IMG/VR virus record: IMGVR_UViG_3300010262_000138
Location: 1 to 64,000 of that record
Length of the DNA stretch: 64,000 nucleotides
Reading direction: 5' to 3' (one strand)
Source: a virus
Taxonomy: Duplodnaviria > Caudoviricetes
The translations under genes and the position numbers were made by a program. The first letter of the stretch is position 1. Each line of letters begins with the position of its first letter. Under the pieces are notes generated by a model. It saw only the letters and a list, made by a program, of their open reading frames with translations. It was not told where the DNA came from and did not search any database. Below, piece by piece: positions 38,772 through 49,692 of the stretch.

Positions 38772-39781
38772 AGAACGGCAGTCACCTCCAAACTCATCGT
38801 TACGGGGTAATAACTGCCTTCCGAATCAATCAGGGTGAGCATAATGATCTTTCCAATCAGAGATTCGTCATCTGGTACGGAAATCTGAATCGAGTTGCCG
38901 TCCGTTTGAAAGAAAACAATCCCAATCAGGCTCTCATCAAAGTCCACCGTCCACTTGGCGCGGATACCCTCTGCCACTGTCTCTCCATCGGCAGCATAGA
39001 ATATTGCCTGATAGTTACGCGGCTTCATCCCGACTTTTATCTCAGGTTTGCCTGAAATCGCGCATTTCAGCTTTTCGGGCGGCGGGGGAGACGGACTGAC
39101 TCCCGGATCTATATAATCGCAAAGAAGCAAATCCACTCTGTCGTTGACATGCCCCGACGGGTCCTGAGTCAAGTTGATTACAATAAATCCGCCGTCAATA
39201 TCCTGATATTTGTTGGTGTTCTGGTCGGTTGAGGTGCATTCATATGTACGGGGGTTCCCGTCAATCACCTCAAGCATAAACCTTTTACCAAGATCGATCA
39301 GTCTGGTTTCTTCATCAAACGGAAGCTGCACCTTAAACTCACGCTCAGATGATGAAATGGTAATCCCATTGCTGACATTTGAGGTATAAGGCTTTGTTAC
39401 CAAACACCATCTCTCAATAACCTCCAGTGTATGAGGATTCTGCCATCTGATCTGGCGGTTGCACTGAACGATTCTGCCCCTCCGGGTAATCTCATCGTCA
39501 AAATCAATTTTAGTGACCAGCCAGTGCATATCGCTCCAAACAACAATATCTCCGATATTTACCTTATCTCCCGGCAAAAGCTGGAACGCCTTTTCGCTTT
39601 GAAAGTCAGTAGCGAGAATTAGCATTGAGTGCTGTACGTCTCCCACCATTACTTCATGAAAAGAAGGGGAGTTTCGCATCTGCCGTTCCAGAGCGTCAAT
39701 TTGATCCGAAATGACACGATCCCTGGTTGTAACCCCTCCGGTTAGCAGGCGGGTTTTATAAGTGCCCCAATCAACATCCAT
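38768..39781 (-). CDS. Head closure/neck protein with C-terminal Ig-like domain
   Basis: GDIV.W....WLV, CNR..RW, LPFD.ET..I....RF; synteny. Confidence 0.6.
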   Translation of the reverse strand: MDVDWGTYKTRLLTGGVTTRDRVISDQIDALERQMRNSPSFHEVMVGDVQHSMLILATDFQSEKAFQLLPGDKVNIGDIVVWSDMHWLVTKIDFDDEITRRGRIVQCNRQIRWQNPHTLEVIERWCLVTKPYTSNVSNGITISSSEREFKVQLPFDEETRLIDLGKRFMLEVIDGNPRTYECTSTDQNTNKYQDIDGGFIVINLTQDPSGHVNDRVDLLLCDYIDPGVSPSPPPPEKLKCAISGKPEIKVGMKPRNYQAIFYAADGETVAEGIRAKWTVDFDESLIGIVFFQTDGNSIQISVPDDESLIGKIIMLTLIDSEGSYYPVTMSLEVTAVL

Positions 39782-40079
39782 TCTCTCCGCCCCCTGACAT
39801 AAGGATTTCTTCCAAAAGTTTTTTCATACGAAATACTTCTCTGCGCAATACGACGGCTTCCACAGAATGCTTTTCAATCCATGTCAACTTACTGAGAACA
39901 GTGATATATTTGGCCGACTGCTGAAGTTCAGGGAAAAGCTCCAACGCGCCGTTAGCCTCAATCAAAATTCCCTCCAAGTATACTGACAGGAAACATTGTT
40001 CTCCCGCTCGTTCTCTTTCGCTGAGGGGGAGTATCTTTGATACCTTATCAATCAATCCTTTGATATAGACGTTAAGCAT
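39771..40079 (-). CDS. Phage hypothetical protein (YomY-like position)
   Basis: KILPL.E...RREVF motif; operonic. Confidence 0.6.
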   Translation of the reverse strand: MLNVYIKGLIDKVSKILPLSERERAGEQCFLSVYLEGILIEANGALELFPELQQSAKYITVLSKLTWIEKHSVEAVVLRREVFRMKKLLEEILMSGGGENGC

Positions 40080-40086
40080 GTTACAC

Positions 40087-40521
40087 CTACACCTTCAACT
40101 GTGAGATTTTACCCTCTCGGTAGGTATAATCAATCATGCGATGCCTGAATTCATCCTTCAAAGAAGTACGCAGAATTTGAAGCTGCTCCAGCAGTTTGGC
40201 GGGACTGAAGAATGAATAATCCTTAGTTGACATCAAGTTTCTCATATTCTCCGTATTTGTCACCTTGGGCAAAACCCAGTAATATGCTTCTCCTGATGCC
40301 AAAATCTCCATAACCTCATCCGTAAGATCCTCTTCAAATTCCCGGTCATCTTCGTTCCTCAAAGAAAGATCAATCTTGCAAACCCGTTGAAATTCAGATA
40401 CCGCGCTCATAAGATGGCGATCCAAAATACGTTCCCGGTCATCAGGATAAAACTTCAGAATATCATAATCTGAAAATCGGGCTAATGCCCGGTTGTGGAT
40501 TTCATTATATGGGGTAGCCAA
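40087..40521 (-). CDS. Head-tail adaptor protein
   Basis: MATPY..I, DL..R......F..DL.D...EILA, KDYSFFSPA.LL. Confidence 0.7.
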   Translation of the reverse strand: MATPYNEIHNRALARFSDYDILKFYPDDRERILDRHLMSAVSEFQRVCKIDLSLRNEDDREFEEDLTDEVMEILASGEAYYWVLPKVTNTENMRNLMSTKDYSFFSPAKLLEQLQILRTSLKDEFRHRMIDYTYREGKISQLKV

Positions 40522-40533
40522 TGCTTTTCCCCC

Positions 40534-41181
40534 TTACTTCAGTTCAAATCCCGTAGCAGACTCAATGGATTTCACTCGCTTCAGGTCGTTAAGTACACCC
40601 TCTTCAATAAGTGCCATTGCTCTGCGGGCAACCGTTTCTTTAGCGGAATCATTCAGGCGGGAAATAATCATTTCCATCTCTTCAATATTGCACTCAAAAA
40701 TATCATCAAAGTTTGCAAACGGGACGATATTCTTATAAAACCGCTCAAGCTGGCAAAACTTCATAATCTGTTCTGCATTCTCTCCTACGATTTTAACCCA
40801 GTGGTTTGCAAAGAAAGACGGGTCGCCGTTTCTCATGTTCAGCACTTCCTCTACAGAAAGGTACTGCACTGTATCAAATTCCGGCCATTCAATTGTGTAC
40901 CCGGTTTTACGGGATACATAAACCAAATTACCATAAAAACAGGAACGCACCTCAACAAGATCGTTCATGTCAGGCTTTTCCATAGGGGGTAGCACCTTTC
41001 TATCAGATGTTTTGGAAGACTTACTGTTAATCTGAGTCTCCTTTACAGGGATGTTATTATCAATCCCGGTCGAAGCTTTAATATCCTTATCAGGGTCCGA
41101 GTTATTGATATTCACCACCGGAGATGATACACTTTTCTCCGTTGCAGTCTTTTTAGAGGCAGGTTTTCTAGTTGCAGCCAT
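40534..41181 (-). CDS. YonA-like phage protein following the capsid gene
   Basis: Synteny; G.L.Y.S...G....W..F motif. Confidence 0.6.
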   Translation of the reverse strand: MAATRKPASKKTATEKSVSSPVVNINNSDPDKDIKASTGIDNNIPVKETQINSKSSKTSDRKVLPPMEKPDMNDLVEVRSCFYGNLVYVSRKTGYTIEWPEFDTVQYLSVEEVLNMRNGDPSFFANHWVKIVGENAEQIMKFCQLERFYKNIVPFANFDDIFECNIEEMEMIISRLNDSAKETVARRAMALIEEGVLNDLKRVKSIESATGFELK

Positions 41182-41260
41182 TGCGTTTCTCCTTTATTCC
41201 TTTTCTTCCTTAATACCATTTATGGAGAGGGCGGGATTAAAATCCCGCCCCTTCACTTAA

Positions 41261-42259
41261 TCAGGAAAGGGTATAAATACCCATCTTGGCAGAAGCGAGA
41301 ACGCCAATGCCGTAATCCTCACGATAGAAATACTCCATGGTCATATCGGCATTGGTCGAGCCATCCTTCTCAAAAACAATCGCGTCGCCGCTGCGGACAG
41401 CCTTGACGGGGCGATCATTAGAAGCAACAACGTAAATCTTGTTGTCAGGGAACACAAAGGTATCGGTGCCGATCTTATGACGGTTTTTCACACCGATCAT
41501 GGGAACGCCGGCAAGCTTGCCGTAGTAACCAATACCGTAGTAATCGTCCTTGGCCTGATCCGCAATGGTAGCAGTGGTGCATTTGCGCAGGGCGGTCTTG
41601 GTGCCAAGAATAGAAGCGTTCATACCAGTGGCCGCTTCGACATGCTCCACGAGGGTCAGCAGAGTAGCCTCAGAATAGGAGCCGGCAGACACATAAGTGT
41701 TGTTAAGGCCGGTAGTGGCGGCAGTAATACCCGAAAACGCGGTATAAATATCGTTCAGGTACTGATCTTTAAACGACTTCGCAACGCGGTTAATCATCTC
41801 ATTCCAGTCAATACGACCAGAGAGGAAGCGGGAAAGATCGTCGTAAATGCGAACCGCATGGGGAGTAGTGGCAATCGAGATGGTCCGCTTTTCACCGATT
41901 CTCTGACGGCGGGGGACAGCAACCCCATCGGCAATTTCTGAAACAACAAACATAGTATTGTCGTCTGCCACAAAGTCGATTGCATCGCCGGCCGCGACAT
42001 TGCGCTCGTCAACAAGATTCATAAAGAACTCGTCGCCCTTAAGACCCTCATCGACCAGAACGGGGAGAATCGCTTCAAGAATTTCAAAAATCTCAACCTT
42101 GTTGCGACGAAGAGCCTTATAATCAAACTTGGAGCTGCCTCCGTTCGCCTCGATCAGCGCCTGACGCAGAACATCGGAGGGGTTCTGATCGGCATACTCC
42201 TTGGCGACGGTGCCGCGATAGGTGTCAAGTGCAAGACGCACAATAGAATTCTTTTCCAT
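41261..42259 (-). CDS. Major capsid protein (YonB-like)
   Basis: 332 aa, RRNK.EIFEI.E, V..RN...GD, FL.GR.DW, ILGT..AL; biased codon usage. Confidence 0.85.
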   Translation of the reverse strand: MEKNSIVRLALDTYRGTVAKEYADQNPSDVLRQALIEANGGSSKFDYKALRRNKVEIFEILEAILPVLVDEGLKGDEFFMNLVDERNVAAGDAIDFVADDNTMFVVSEIADGVAVPRRQRIGEKRTISIATTPHAVRIYDDLSRFLSGRIDWNEMINRVAKSFKDQYLNDIYTAFSGITAATTGLNNTYVSAGSYSEATLLTLVEHVEAATGMNASILGTKTALRKCTTATIADQAKDDYYGIGYYGKLAGVPMIGVKNRHKIGTDTFVFPDNKIYVVASNDRPVKAVRSGDAIVFEKDGSTNADMTMEYFYREDYGIGVLASAKMGIYTLS

Positions 42260-42290
42260 TATGTAATTCCTCCTGATTATTTCAATTTAA

Positions 42291-42785
42291 TTAGTCAACC
42301 CGGATCACAAAGAACTCTTTGGACCCAACGGTTTCCTTAGCGATAATCTTGCCAATCTGAGTGGAACCAGAGGTAAGGGTGGAAACCACCTTCAGCTTGG
42401 TATCAGCCTGTGCCTCAACAATGGAGTTGACTGCGGGAGTACCGGTAAAAGCTTCAGCAGTCACGCTAAACACGTCGCCATGATCAAGAATATAGCCGCG
42501 AATCGCCTTGCCAGCCTCATTAGTAAAATCATCAAGATTGCGTTTGCGTTCATCCGCCATAACCTCGGGGGTAGCGACCAAAATAACGGTCCCGATCTTA
42601 GAGGTCGCTGCGGGCTTGACGGCCTTATAAATTTCACGTTCGCCGTCCATCAGAGAGTCCAGAACAGCGATATTGCCATTCTCAATTGCAGTAGCGGCGT
42701 CCGAAACAAAATACTTAGCAGAAACGAGCTTGGACGGGACAACAGTACCGGCCAGATTGTCAGTGCGCACAACAGCGTATGCCAT
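42291..42785 (-). CDS. Capsid decoration protein (YonC-like)
   Basis: IENG, F.N.AG...R.Y.L..GD.F.VT; immediately upstream of the capsid gene. Confidence 0.7.
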   Translation of the reverse strand: MAYAVVRTDNLAGTVVPSKLVSAKYFVSDAATAIENGNIAVLDSLMDGEREIYKAVKPAATSKIGTVILVATPEVMADERKRNLDDFTNEAGKAIRGYILDHGDVFSVTAEAFTGTPAVNSIVEAQADTKLKVVSTLTSGSTQIGKIIAKETVGSKEFFVIRVD

Positions 42786-42821
42786 AATTAAAATTCCTCC
42801 TGATAATTCAATGTTTTTTGT

Positions 42822-44357
42822 TTATTTACGGCCATATTTAGAAAACAGCTCTCCATAACCCGTCTTGTCGGCCACCTCCGGCTCATCCTTCAAGGGGATT
42901 TTTACCGAGGTTTTCTTCGGGGCATAAGAGAACTGTTTTCCAACCGAGGCAACCTTGCCTCTGATTGCATAACACTCCTTGCGGAGATCTTCGATCTTTT
43001 CAAAGCTATAGGCAGATTCTTTCAGGGTTGCGAACTCCTCGTTACCGTTCAGATCCTCAAATTCGGCCAAAACCTCATCTGCCTCAGCTTCGTGATTTGC
43101 TTTGACGACTTCATTCTTGAAAGCTCTTAGTTCTTCTACCTCAGACTCGGGAGTAGAATAATCCTTCTTGTAGTCGGAAAACTCCTTTTCAAGAGCTTCA
43201 AAGGTATCGCGCGACTGATCGAGCTTCGCGCTCTCCTCAAGAGTCAGCCAGCGATTCACCATCTCCTCAAACTCTCCGGTGATATTCGCACTCAAAACCC
43301 CAGCGTCATCAGTTTTGAACGTATAAGTAAAGCGCCCCATCTTGGACTCATAGTTATCAGCGGTCCAAGTAGAGCGTTCCACATATACAAATTCATCATC
43401 AAAGTCATCAACCCAGTAATAGGTTTCAGACACAACGTTACCCATTGCGTCCCTAACCACCTCGCTTGTCAAAGCGTTGCACAGGGCGTCTCTCTTTTTC
43501 CGATACGAAGCTGAAAAGCTCTCGGGGACACTGGGAGTTTTAATCATATCCTCAATAGCAGACCTGAACTGCTCCTCGGTCATATCCTCGGTCAGCTCAA
43601 ATTTGACATCTTCGGACTTAAGATTATATTCACCCAGAATTTTTTCTCTCTGTTCAGCAGTCAAACTTTCTTTCCCTCCTTTAAAACAAAAAACAGCGGG
43701 CTCCTGCGCCGCAAATTCCTTCAGCTCCTTGAGCATCAGAGTAAATTGCTGGCGATAATCAGAAACCGCTGTATCCGACTTCATTTGCACGCTTGCACTT
43801 TCAAAGCAGGGAGTAACACTGCTTCCAAGAATGCAAAGCGCCTCAAAGTCCATACTTTCAATCACACAATATCCATCGCTGTCAATGATATAGCTGTTTA
43901 CGCCAATCTCCATTGACTGGCTCCATTGGTCCTGAGAGGCCAGACATTCGTAACCGTACTGACGTTTCCACAAGATAGCATCGCAGAACAGATATTCGTT
44001 CTCGGTCCCGTCTTTTTCGGTTACAGTCTTCCACTCAAAGCGGCTGCTTTCCGGAACCACACCATACGGTACGGTTGCCGCGACGACCTCATATCCACCG
44101 TCATTGTTTTTCACAACCCTGATATCATGAGATCCAAAGTCATTATTTTCGGCATCGTACCGCCCAACAAGAGGACAATTCATCAAAGAGGGAAGAGCCG
44201 CCTCAAAAACCTCTTTTGAAATAGAACTCATGTTTCTGTTTCTTCCCGCATAGGCAATTGCTACGCGGGCTGCCGCAAAGGAAGGATTAAGATCTTTGAT
44301 CTCTTCAAATTTGAGAGAAAATGAAATGCCGATTGTTTTCTTTTCCATATTGTTCAC
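42822..44357 (-). CDS. Prohead protease/scaffold fusion (YonD-like)
   Basis: G.NRN.S.I, GSH, QSMEI, ALCILG..V.PCFE.A, then an acidic coiled-coil scaffold. Confidence 0.8.
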   Translation of the reverse strand: MNNMEKKTIGISFSLKFEEIKDLNPSFAAARVAIAYAGRNRNMSSISKEVFEAALPSLMNCPLVGRYDAENNDFGSHDIRVVKNNDGGYEVVAATVPYGVVPESSRFEWKTVTEKDGTENEYLFCDAILWKRQYGYECLASQDQWSQSMEIGVNSYIIDSDGYCVIESMDFEALCILGSSVTPCFESASVQMKSDTAVSDYRQQFTLMLKELKEFAAQEPAVFCFKGGKESLTAEQREKILGEYNLKSEDVKFELTEDMTEEQFRSAIEDMIKTPSVPESFSASYRKKRDALCNALTSEVVRDAMGNVVSETYYWVDDFDDEFVYVERSTWTADNYESKMGRFTYTFKTDDAGVLSANITGEFEEMVNRWLTLEESAKLDQSRDTFEALEKEFSDYKKDYSTPESEVEELRAFKNEVVKANHEAEADEVLAEFEDLNGNEEFATLKESAYSFEKIEDLRKECYAIRGKVASVGKQFSYAPKKTSVKIPLKDEPEVADKTGYGELFSKYGRK

Positions 44358-44372
44358 CTCCTCCTTTGCAGC

Positions 44373-44580
44373 TTAAAACGTCATGCGAAAACGGTCTGAT
44401 ACTTTGCATAGCCCCTTTTTCGCGGCGTTATCTATATCAAAACAAAGACGCCCGGATTTTTCATAAGGAAAAAACCAGACGTTGCCTTGTTCGATATTAA
44501 ATTGAGTTTGAATCTCTTTCAGACCGGATGCTCTCAGTTTATCTGCAAGCTCCCGGTCAAAAACCTGTAGTGTCTGCACA
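44373..44580 (-). CDS. Small phage protein
   Basis: RBS AGGAG before GTG near 44580; sits between portal and protease. Confidence 0.5.
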
Positions 44581-44589
44581 CTAAAACTC

Positions 44590-46068
44590 CTATCTGTTGG
44601 CGTTGCTGTCATCGCCCCTTGTCTGTTCTCCTGACTCGCTGAGGTCCTCTTCATTTGACTGCGGACGCCCCGAGCTTGACTGAGTATAAGAGCTTGACAG
44701 CGGAGTAAGATTACCCATATTGAGCATGTTCATCTCAACAAAATCCATACCAATAATGTCGATTGGTGTAAGACCAAGCACAGCGGCCCAAGAAGATTTA
44801 ACGGGAATCCCCATTGAACTGGCCTCTTTATAGTAAGAGATCCAGTCTGCTTTATTAAATGTAGTAACCGGAAGAATACTCAGCTTAAACTTTTGCGTCC
44901 CGGATAAAGACTTCAAAATTCTATTGACCAGTCGTTCGCACTGAATTCCCAGCCCCAGAATGATATTTTCATCAGCGGTGACGGACAGTTTAAGAGCGCC
45001 TGCGGTATTGTTGCTCGAAGATCCAAAAAGAAGCGGAGAGGTCCCGCCCTCTTTCCAAAACTGTTCCTCAGACATCGAAACGGTGTCTACTCCGTTTAGG
45101 TTCCCGCTCTTTTCAAAGTTAAACAATTCCGCCTTCATGGGAGCCATAAAAGCTCCAATGTACGGAGGCAGTGCAGCTACCATCATCTGATAATACTCGG
45201 TAGCCAAATTCCAATCGAATTTTGGGGTCCCATCATCGTTTAGTGGGATCTGAAGCCCAATTGCTTTGTAATTGGAGATAGTCTCCTTTGTCTCTTGAAG
45301 CGCCTTAAAGGTCTCAATATCATAAAGCATCGGAAGGGTAGAGGCCCAAGGGGGAATACTGTACTGCGAGGTAGTTTCATCCGCCTTTAAACAAAATGAA
45401 ATGCTTTCAGGTATTTCCTGCCATTTAATTCCCGTACTTAGATATGTGTTTCTCAGCGTTGTAAACTCGGGCGGATATAAAAATAGATCTGATTCTTTTA
45501 TCTGTGAAAAGTCAACCGCATAGTTCCATGTCCCATCAATAACGGAAGATAGCTTACAGATATCAGGGTTAATTCTTTGTACGAAGAATGAATTCGTTCC
45601 GCTCCAGATTACGCCATAAATAACTCCTTCACGCAATGCAATAATAGAGGCTTTCTGCATTTCGTGTTTCAGGTTCATCGTCTCAACCTGATGCGCCGCC
45701 TTTAAGTATGCCTTACGAAAAGCGTCTTCTTTCATTTTGGTGGGATCAAACCCCAACGGAGAAATCGTATGGGCCCACAAATGCATCTGGGCATAATACA
45801 AAATCAACCTGCGATATTGGCTTGATGCATCATACATATAAATTGACGCATTACGGATGTTCTTCTCGTTGCTTTTCGGAGACTGCATGTAGGTTAAAAT
45901 TTGCTCTTTCGTATATCTCGTATACGTTACTGACGAAGATGCGTTCTTCGACAGATCAACAAGGTTTTGCCTTTGCATCTGAGCAAACTTTATTGCAAAC
46001 TCATAAGCTCTTTTACGGTTTTCCAGCTCAATATCGGTTTTGTTCTTTATTTCTTCTATCTTTCTCAC
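44590..46068 (-). CDS. Portal protein (YonE-like)
   Basis: S.Y.Y..S..YRRLI.Y.A, C-terminal PL.SSYTQS..GRP; follows the terminase. Confidence 0.8.
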   Translation of the reverse strand: MRKIEEIKNKTDIELENRKRAYEFAIKFAQMQRQNLVDLSKNASSSVTYTRYTKEQILTYMQSPKSNEKNIRNASIYMYDASSQYRRLILYYAQMHLWAHTISPLGFDPTKMKEDAFRKAYLKAAHQVETMNLKHEMQKASIIALREGVIYGVIWSGTNSFFVQRINPDICKLSSVIDGTWNYAVDFSQIKESDLFLYPPEFTTLRNTYLSTGIKWQEIPESISFCLKADETTSQYSIPPWASTLPMLYDIETFKALQETKETISNYKAIGLQIPLNDDGTPKFDWNLATEYYQMMVAALPPYIGAFMAPMKAELFNFEKSGNLNGVDTVSMSEEQFWKEGGTSPLLFGSSSNNTAGALKLSVTADENIILGLGIQCERLVNRILKSLSGTQKFKLSILPVTTFNKADWISYYKEASSMGIPVKSSWAAVLGLTPIDIIGMDFVEMNMLNMGNLTPLSSSYTQSSSGRPQSNEEDLSESGEQTRGDDSNANR

Positions 46069-47906
46069 CTGCCAATCATCCTAGGGGGTCTAAAGGAAAA
46101 CATGTTTGCGGTCAATGGTTGTGCGTTATTCTTAAAAATCTGCCCGCGTCTAAGCTGCGCCAAATACCAACACAACAAACCATATACAAAAACTCTATCA
46201 TCGTGCATGGTATTGCGCTTATCAGGCGGGTAGTTATATGTGACGTTGCCACCGTTTGTGTACTTGCACATAGTAACAATTTCGTTTTTCATCAACTCAA
46301 TTTGGGACAATGCAACCTGTTCATCATAACTGAGGTCATAACGCTCTTCTGTACCGTCATCCAGTATTTTGATGAGGTAATCCTTGCCTTCATAATCAGC
46401 GGGGAGCGTTACAACGCCAAGTTTTGTCATGCGCTCCGCAGCATCAAAGATTTCATTTCTATGACCGCGAGGATCAATGAGTTTGATAATATCCACAGCG
46501 TTTGGGAACTTTTTAAGGGCGGTTTCGTTTGCTTTATGGGCTCTGTCAATCAAGCCTTTATGGACATTGCCATCCTTCCCGACCCAATCATCCAACAGAT
46601 AGTCTGTAACGCCGCCGATCATCTGTCCTCCGGCGCCGGCATCACAAACAATCGCTTTAATGTTCTCGTAATCGAGCTTCATCTTATCGGAACCGTTATA
46701 CAACAAAAGCAGGTCTTGAAAGCTCTTGACCTGCTCGGGCAGACGCATCGGCGTCTTCTTTTTAGATGTAATATCAACCAAGCTGACGACGTTGCAGATA
46801 TCCATACACCATCCGCGTATTGGATCCAGGTTAAGCTCTGCAATACCGATTACGGAGTTATCGTTGATTCTGGCCGAGTCCCATGCCATTACAAACAGGT
46901 GAGATCCAGTGTCATTACAGAGCAGGGGAGGGCGGATAACAGAACACTGCATCAAATCGCGCCTTGTCAGTATCTGTCCCTCGTGGCTGTCTGCGGAGAA
47001 CTTATTATACAGTTCTCTTAAAGCCTTATCCCGGTTATCAGCCATTGCCTTCTCAACCTTATCCTTACTGATCAAAGGAGGGTATGGCTCACCTTTAAAT
47101 TTTGCAGACATCACCATGTCAATATCGATGTTGCAGGCAAAATATTTTGAGTCACCCATCAGCATACGCTCAGAAAAGAAACGAAATTTCTTATAGAACT
47201 CCGAGCTGGTATCAGAAGCGGATGAAGCATAAAGAAGCTGCCTTGAAAAACCCTTTGGCTCCAAGGCGACATTGATATTTCCGCCCAGCTTAAAATTTTC
47301 GTCCTGGTTGACAAACTGCTCTGCCTGAATAAACAGTTCGTCATTAAACCATCCCGCTTCGTCAAAGCAGACGAGGTTTGCACGCTTACCTTTAATATTA
47401 GTAATGTCGCTGTTGAGGGTATTTACGGTTGATCCATTAAAAAGCTTAAAAGAAAATGAGGTCGGGTCATGGTTAAACCCGTCCCCGTTTGGACCTCCGC
47501 GCACAATTTCCTCAAAGAAAACATCCGTACTCCCTACAAAAGATTCAATTTCCTTTTTTGAAATTTTCTCAATTTTAGCAAATACTTCCTTAGCCTGAGC
47601 ACCCGTATTTCCCAAGAAATAGGTAGCATGGAAAGGGACCAGCAAACTGCGCAGCATCGTATAGATAGCCAGCTTGGTTGTTTTTCCCGCGTTTCGTGAC
47701 TCAAGCCATAACGCAAAATCAACAGGCCAAGTGTTCTGAATAACATATGACTGCAAATCCAGCATGTCAATTCCCATAAACCGGGATGCAAAGGCAACCG
47801 GATTTCGTCGCCCCCACTGGATTACATTACAATACTTCTCATATGTCTCAAGCTTTCTTTGGGAGATTTCCTTTTTACCGGAGCGTTTTTGAATGGTAAT
47901 ACTCAA
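46065..47906 (-). CDS. terL: Terminase large subunit (YonF-like)
   Basis: SRNAGKT Walker A, GKRAN...FDEAG Walker B, YASSA, nuclease WDSAR..D.S and HDDR. Confidence 0.9.
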   Translation of the reverse strand: MSITIQKRSGKKEISQRKLETYEKYCNVIQWGRRNPVAFASRFMGIDMLDLQSYVIQNTWPVDFALWLESRNAGKTTKLAIYTMLRSLLVPFHATYFLGNTGAQAKEVFAKIEKISKKEIESFVGSTDVFFEEIVRGGPNGDGFNHDPTSFSFKLFNGSTVNTLNSDITNIKGKRANLVCFDEAGWFNDELFIQAEQFVNQDENFKLGGNINVALEPKGFSRQLLYASSASDTSSEFYKKFRFFSERMLMGDSKYFACNIDIDMVMSAKFKGEPYPPLISKDKVEKAMADNRDKALRELYNKFSADSHEGQILTRRDLMQCSVIRPPLLCNDTGSHLFVMAWDSARINDNSVIGIAELNLDPIRGWCMDICNVVSLVDITSKKKTPMRLPEQVKSFQDLLLLYNGSDKMKLDYENIKAIVCDAGAGGQMIGGVTDYLLDDWVGKDGNVHKGLIDRAHKANETALKKFPNAVDIIKLIDPRGHRNEIFDAAERMTKLGVVTLPADYEGKDYLIKILDDGTEERYDLSYDEQVALSQIELMKNEIVTMCKYTNGGNVTYNYPPDKRNTMHDDRVFVYGLLCWYLAQLRRGQIFKNNAQPLTANMFSFRPPRMIGR

Positions 47907-49042
47907 GGCTTACCACGCCCCTTAGCCTGAGCCTCTTGCAGCTCAATTTTTGTCATACGGAGCTCTTCCTGCAGTTTCTCACAATCTTCCTGCTGTTTAC
48001 GGATTATTTCAGACTGTTCCCCCACCATACGGGCGTATTCGTCAGAAGTAAATCCCAGCTCTGCAATTAAGGCGCGGGCATTTTGCTCCGCCACCTCTTT
48101 ATAAGAGGCAGAAAGTTTGGCGTCAACAGAATTGACCTTTATATCCTCAAAGCCGTTGTCGGCCATCTCGCGCATGATGTAGGTAAGGGCTGTGGTGTTA
48201 CGAACACCGGCTCCGCCGCTTTTTACGGTCAAACCATTATCGTTTGCCATTTTACTGATATTTGTAATCAGCCTGTCCTTAATTTTACTATACTTCTCTA
48301 CCTCGGTATAATCGGTTTGGGTTTTTCTCATTTCCCGGTTAACCGCTCTGTCAATCTGTTCCTGTTGAAGCATCGTCTTCACCATCATAATGGCGCTTTG
48401 CAGTTTATGAGGATCTTCAATTACTTCATCAGTCAGATAGTCAGCAAGAGTATTGTATAGAAACTTACGGTTTTCAGTCGTATAGCTCTCATCATCAAAG
48501 CAGTCATATCCAACCGTCTGAATGACGTATCCCTTATTTTTGCGGTCTGCCGCAGCCCACCTGGTTTCTTTCTCATCACGCAGGATGTTTTCGTCGGTTA
48601 AAACGCTGTTCCCCTTCAAAAGTTCCACGAGAAAAGGGTAGAAGGTCTTGCTTTTTTCCTGCGTGAGATTCAATTGCCTGATATAAGCGCCGAGAGACAC
48701 ATCCCCTTTATCCCGGCAATTTATATAAATCTTTTCAGAAAAGTAGAGGTCAAGTGCGCAGCACGTCAAGATCAGAGCCGTCTTTTCATCCTTAAATCGG
48801 AATTTCTGCTCCTCAAAGAATTTGTTCGCGCAGTCGCTGCACATGTGTGTGTAACCCTCGTTGCCAATATACATATCTGAACGCTTTGACGAATAGAATA
48901 CTCCCGTTGGATTATCCACTATCCTTCCGCACTTCGTACATTTATACAGCGGCGGCAGAGTAGTCGCGTCAAACTTAGGCTCTTTCATCTTTGGCCTGTT
49001 TTTTGAACCCGGTGGTCTTCCTCTTGATGCCATACTTAACAC
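47903..49042 (-). CDS. YonG-like Zn-finger protein upstream of the terminase
   Basis: CTKCG...FY.S...C..C motif, C-terminal coiled coil; synteny. Confidence 0.6.
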   Translation of the reverse strand: MLSMASRGRPPGSKNRPKMKEPKFDATTLPPLYKCTKCGRIVDNPTGVFYSSKRSDMYIGNEGYTHMCSDCANKFFEEQKFRFKDEKTALILTCCALDLYFSEKIYINCRDKGDVSLGAYIRQLNLTQEKSKTFYPFLVELLKGNSVLTDENILRDEKETRWAAADRKNKGYVIQTVGYDCFDDESYTTENRKFLYNTLADYLTDEVIEDPHKLQSAIMMVKTMLQQEQIDRAVNREMRKTQTDYTEVEKYSKIKDRLITNISKMANDNGLTVKSGGAGVRNTTALTYIMREMADNGFEDIKVNSVDAKLSASYKEVAEQNARALIAELGFTSDEYARMVGEQSEIIRKQQEDCEKLQEELRMTKIELQEAQAKGRGKP

Positions 49043-49107
49043 CTCCTTGCATTTTTTTCACACAAAAAAAATAAAAGCCCTCCTGTTGAGGAGGGCAAAA
49101 TTGACAG

Positions 49108-49692
49108 CTATTTATGACCGAATTGTATAAGATTTACTATCTCTTCATTTGTCCAAATTTGATTATCAAATATTTCATAGGATTCGTTGCGCTTCTTAAA
49201 TATCCTGACCGGAGTATCTGTTGTATTGTCATAGATATTTAATCTGTCGCACACCTTCATTAAACGAGGTATCATAGAGATGGCTTTATAATAGCGAGAA
49301 ACAATTTTATCATTAGGAACGTCATGACCACCGTTTGCAACACGATCTTTTACGCGCAAAATATTGATGGATGGATCATAGGTCAAAATGAATGCGCAAC
49401 GAATAAAGTACCCGGATTTTTTCGCACGTTCTAACAATAGCAGGTTTCTATCTGTAGAAAGCACTGTCTCAAACGTAAAAGATATTTTCTGATCAACCGC
49501 TAAATCTCTCATCGCCGTTGCAATCTGTGCTGCCTCAATATTTGAAATATTACGAGATTTTTGTATATCGTCCGCATTGATATAAGGGAGTATAATATCT
49601 TCGTCAGATGCAATTGTACTTTTTCCAGACCCATTTGGTCCGGCATAAACACGAATCTCAGGATTTTTACTTAACATACTCCACACGTCCAT
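49108..49692 (-). CDS. Zeta-toxin-family P-loop kinase (short form)
   Basis: AGPNGSGKST, INAD.I, SFTFETVLS, RV..RV..GGHDVP..KI..RY, YDN. Confidence 0.85.
   Translation of the reverse strand: MDVWSMLSKNPEIRVYAGPNGSGKSTIASDEDIILPYINADDIQKSRNISNIEAAQIATAMRDLAVDQKISFTFETVLSTDRNLLLLERAKKSGYFIRCAFILTYDPSINILRVKDRVANGGHDVPNDKIVSRYYKAISMIPRLMKVCDRLNIYDNTTDTPVRIFKKRNESYEIFDNQIWTNEEIVNLIQFGHK

Noticed and set aside
45708-47021. 437-aa + strand ORF, and similar ones such as 36571-37464 and 41477-41941
   Set aside because: Antisense shadows of terminase, tail and capsid genes with no recognisable motifs
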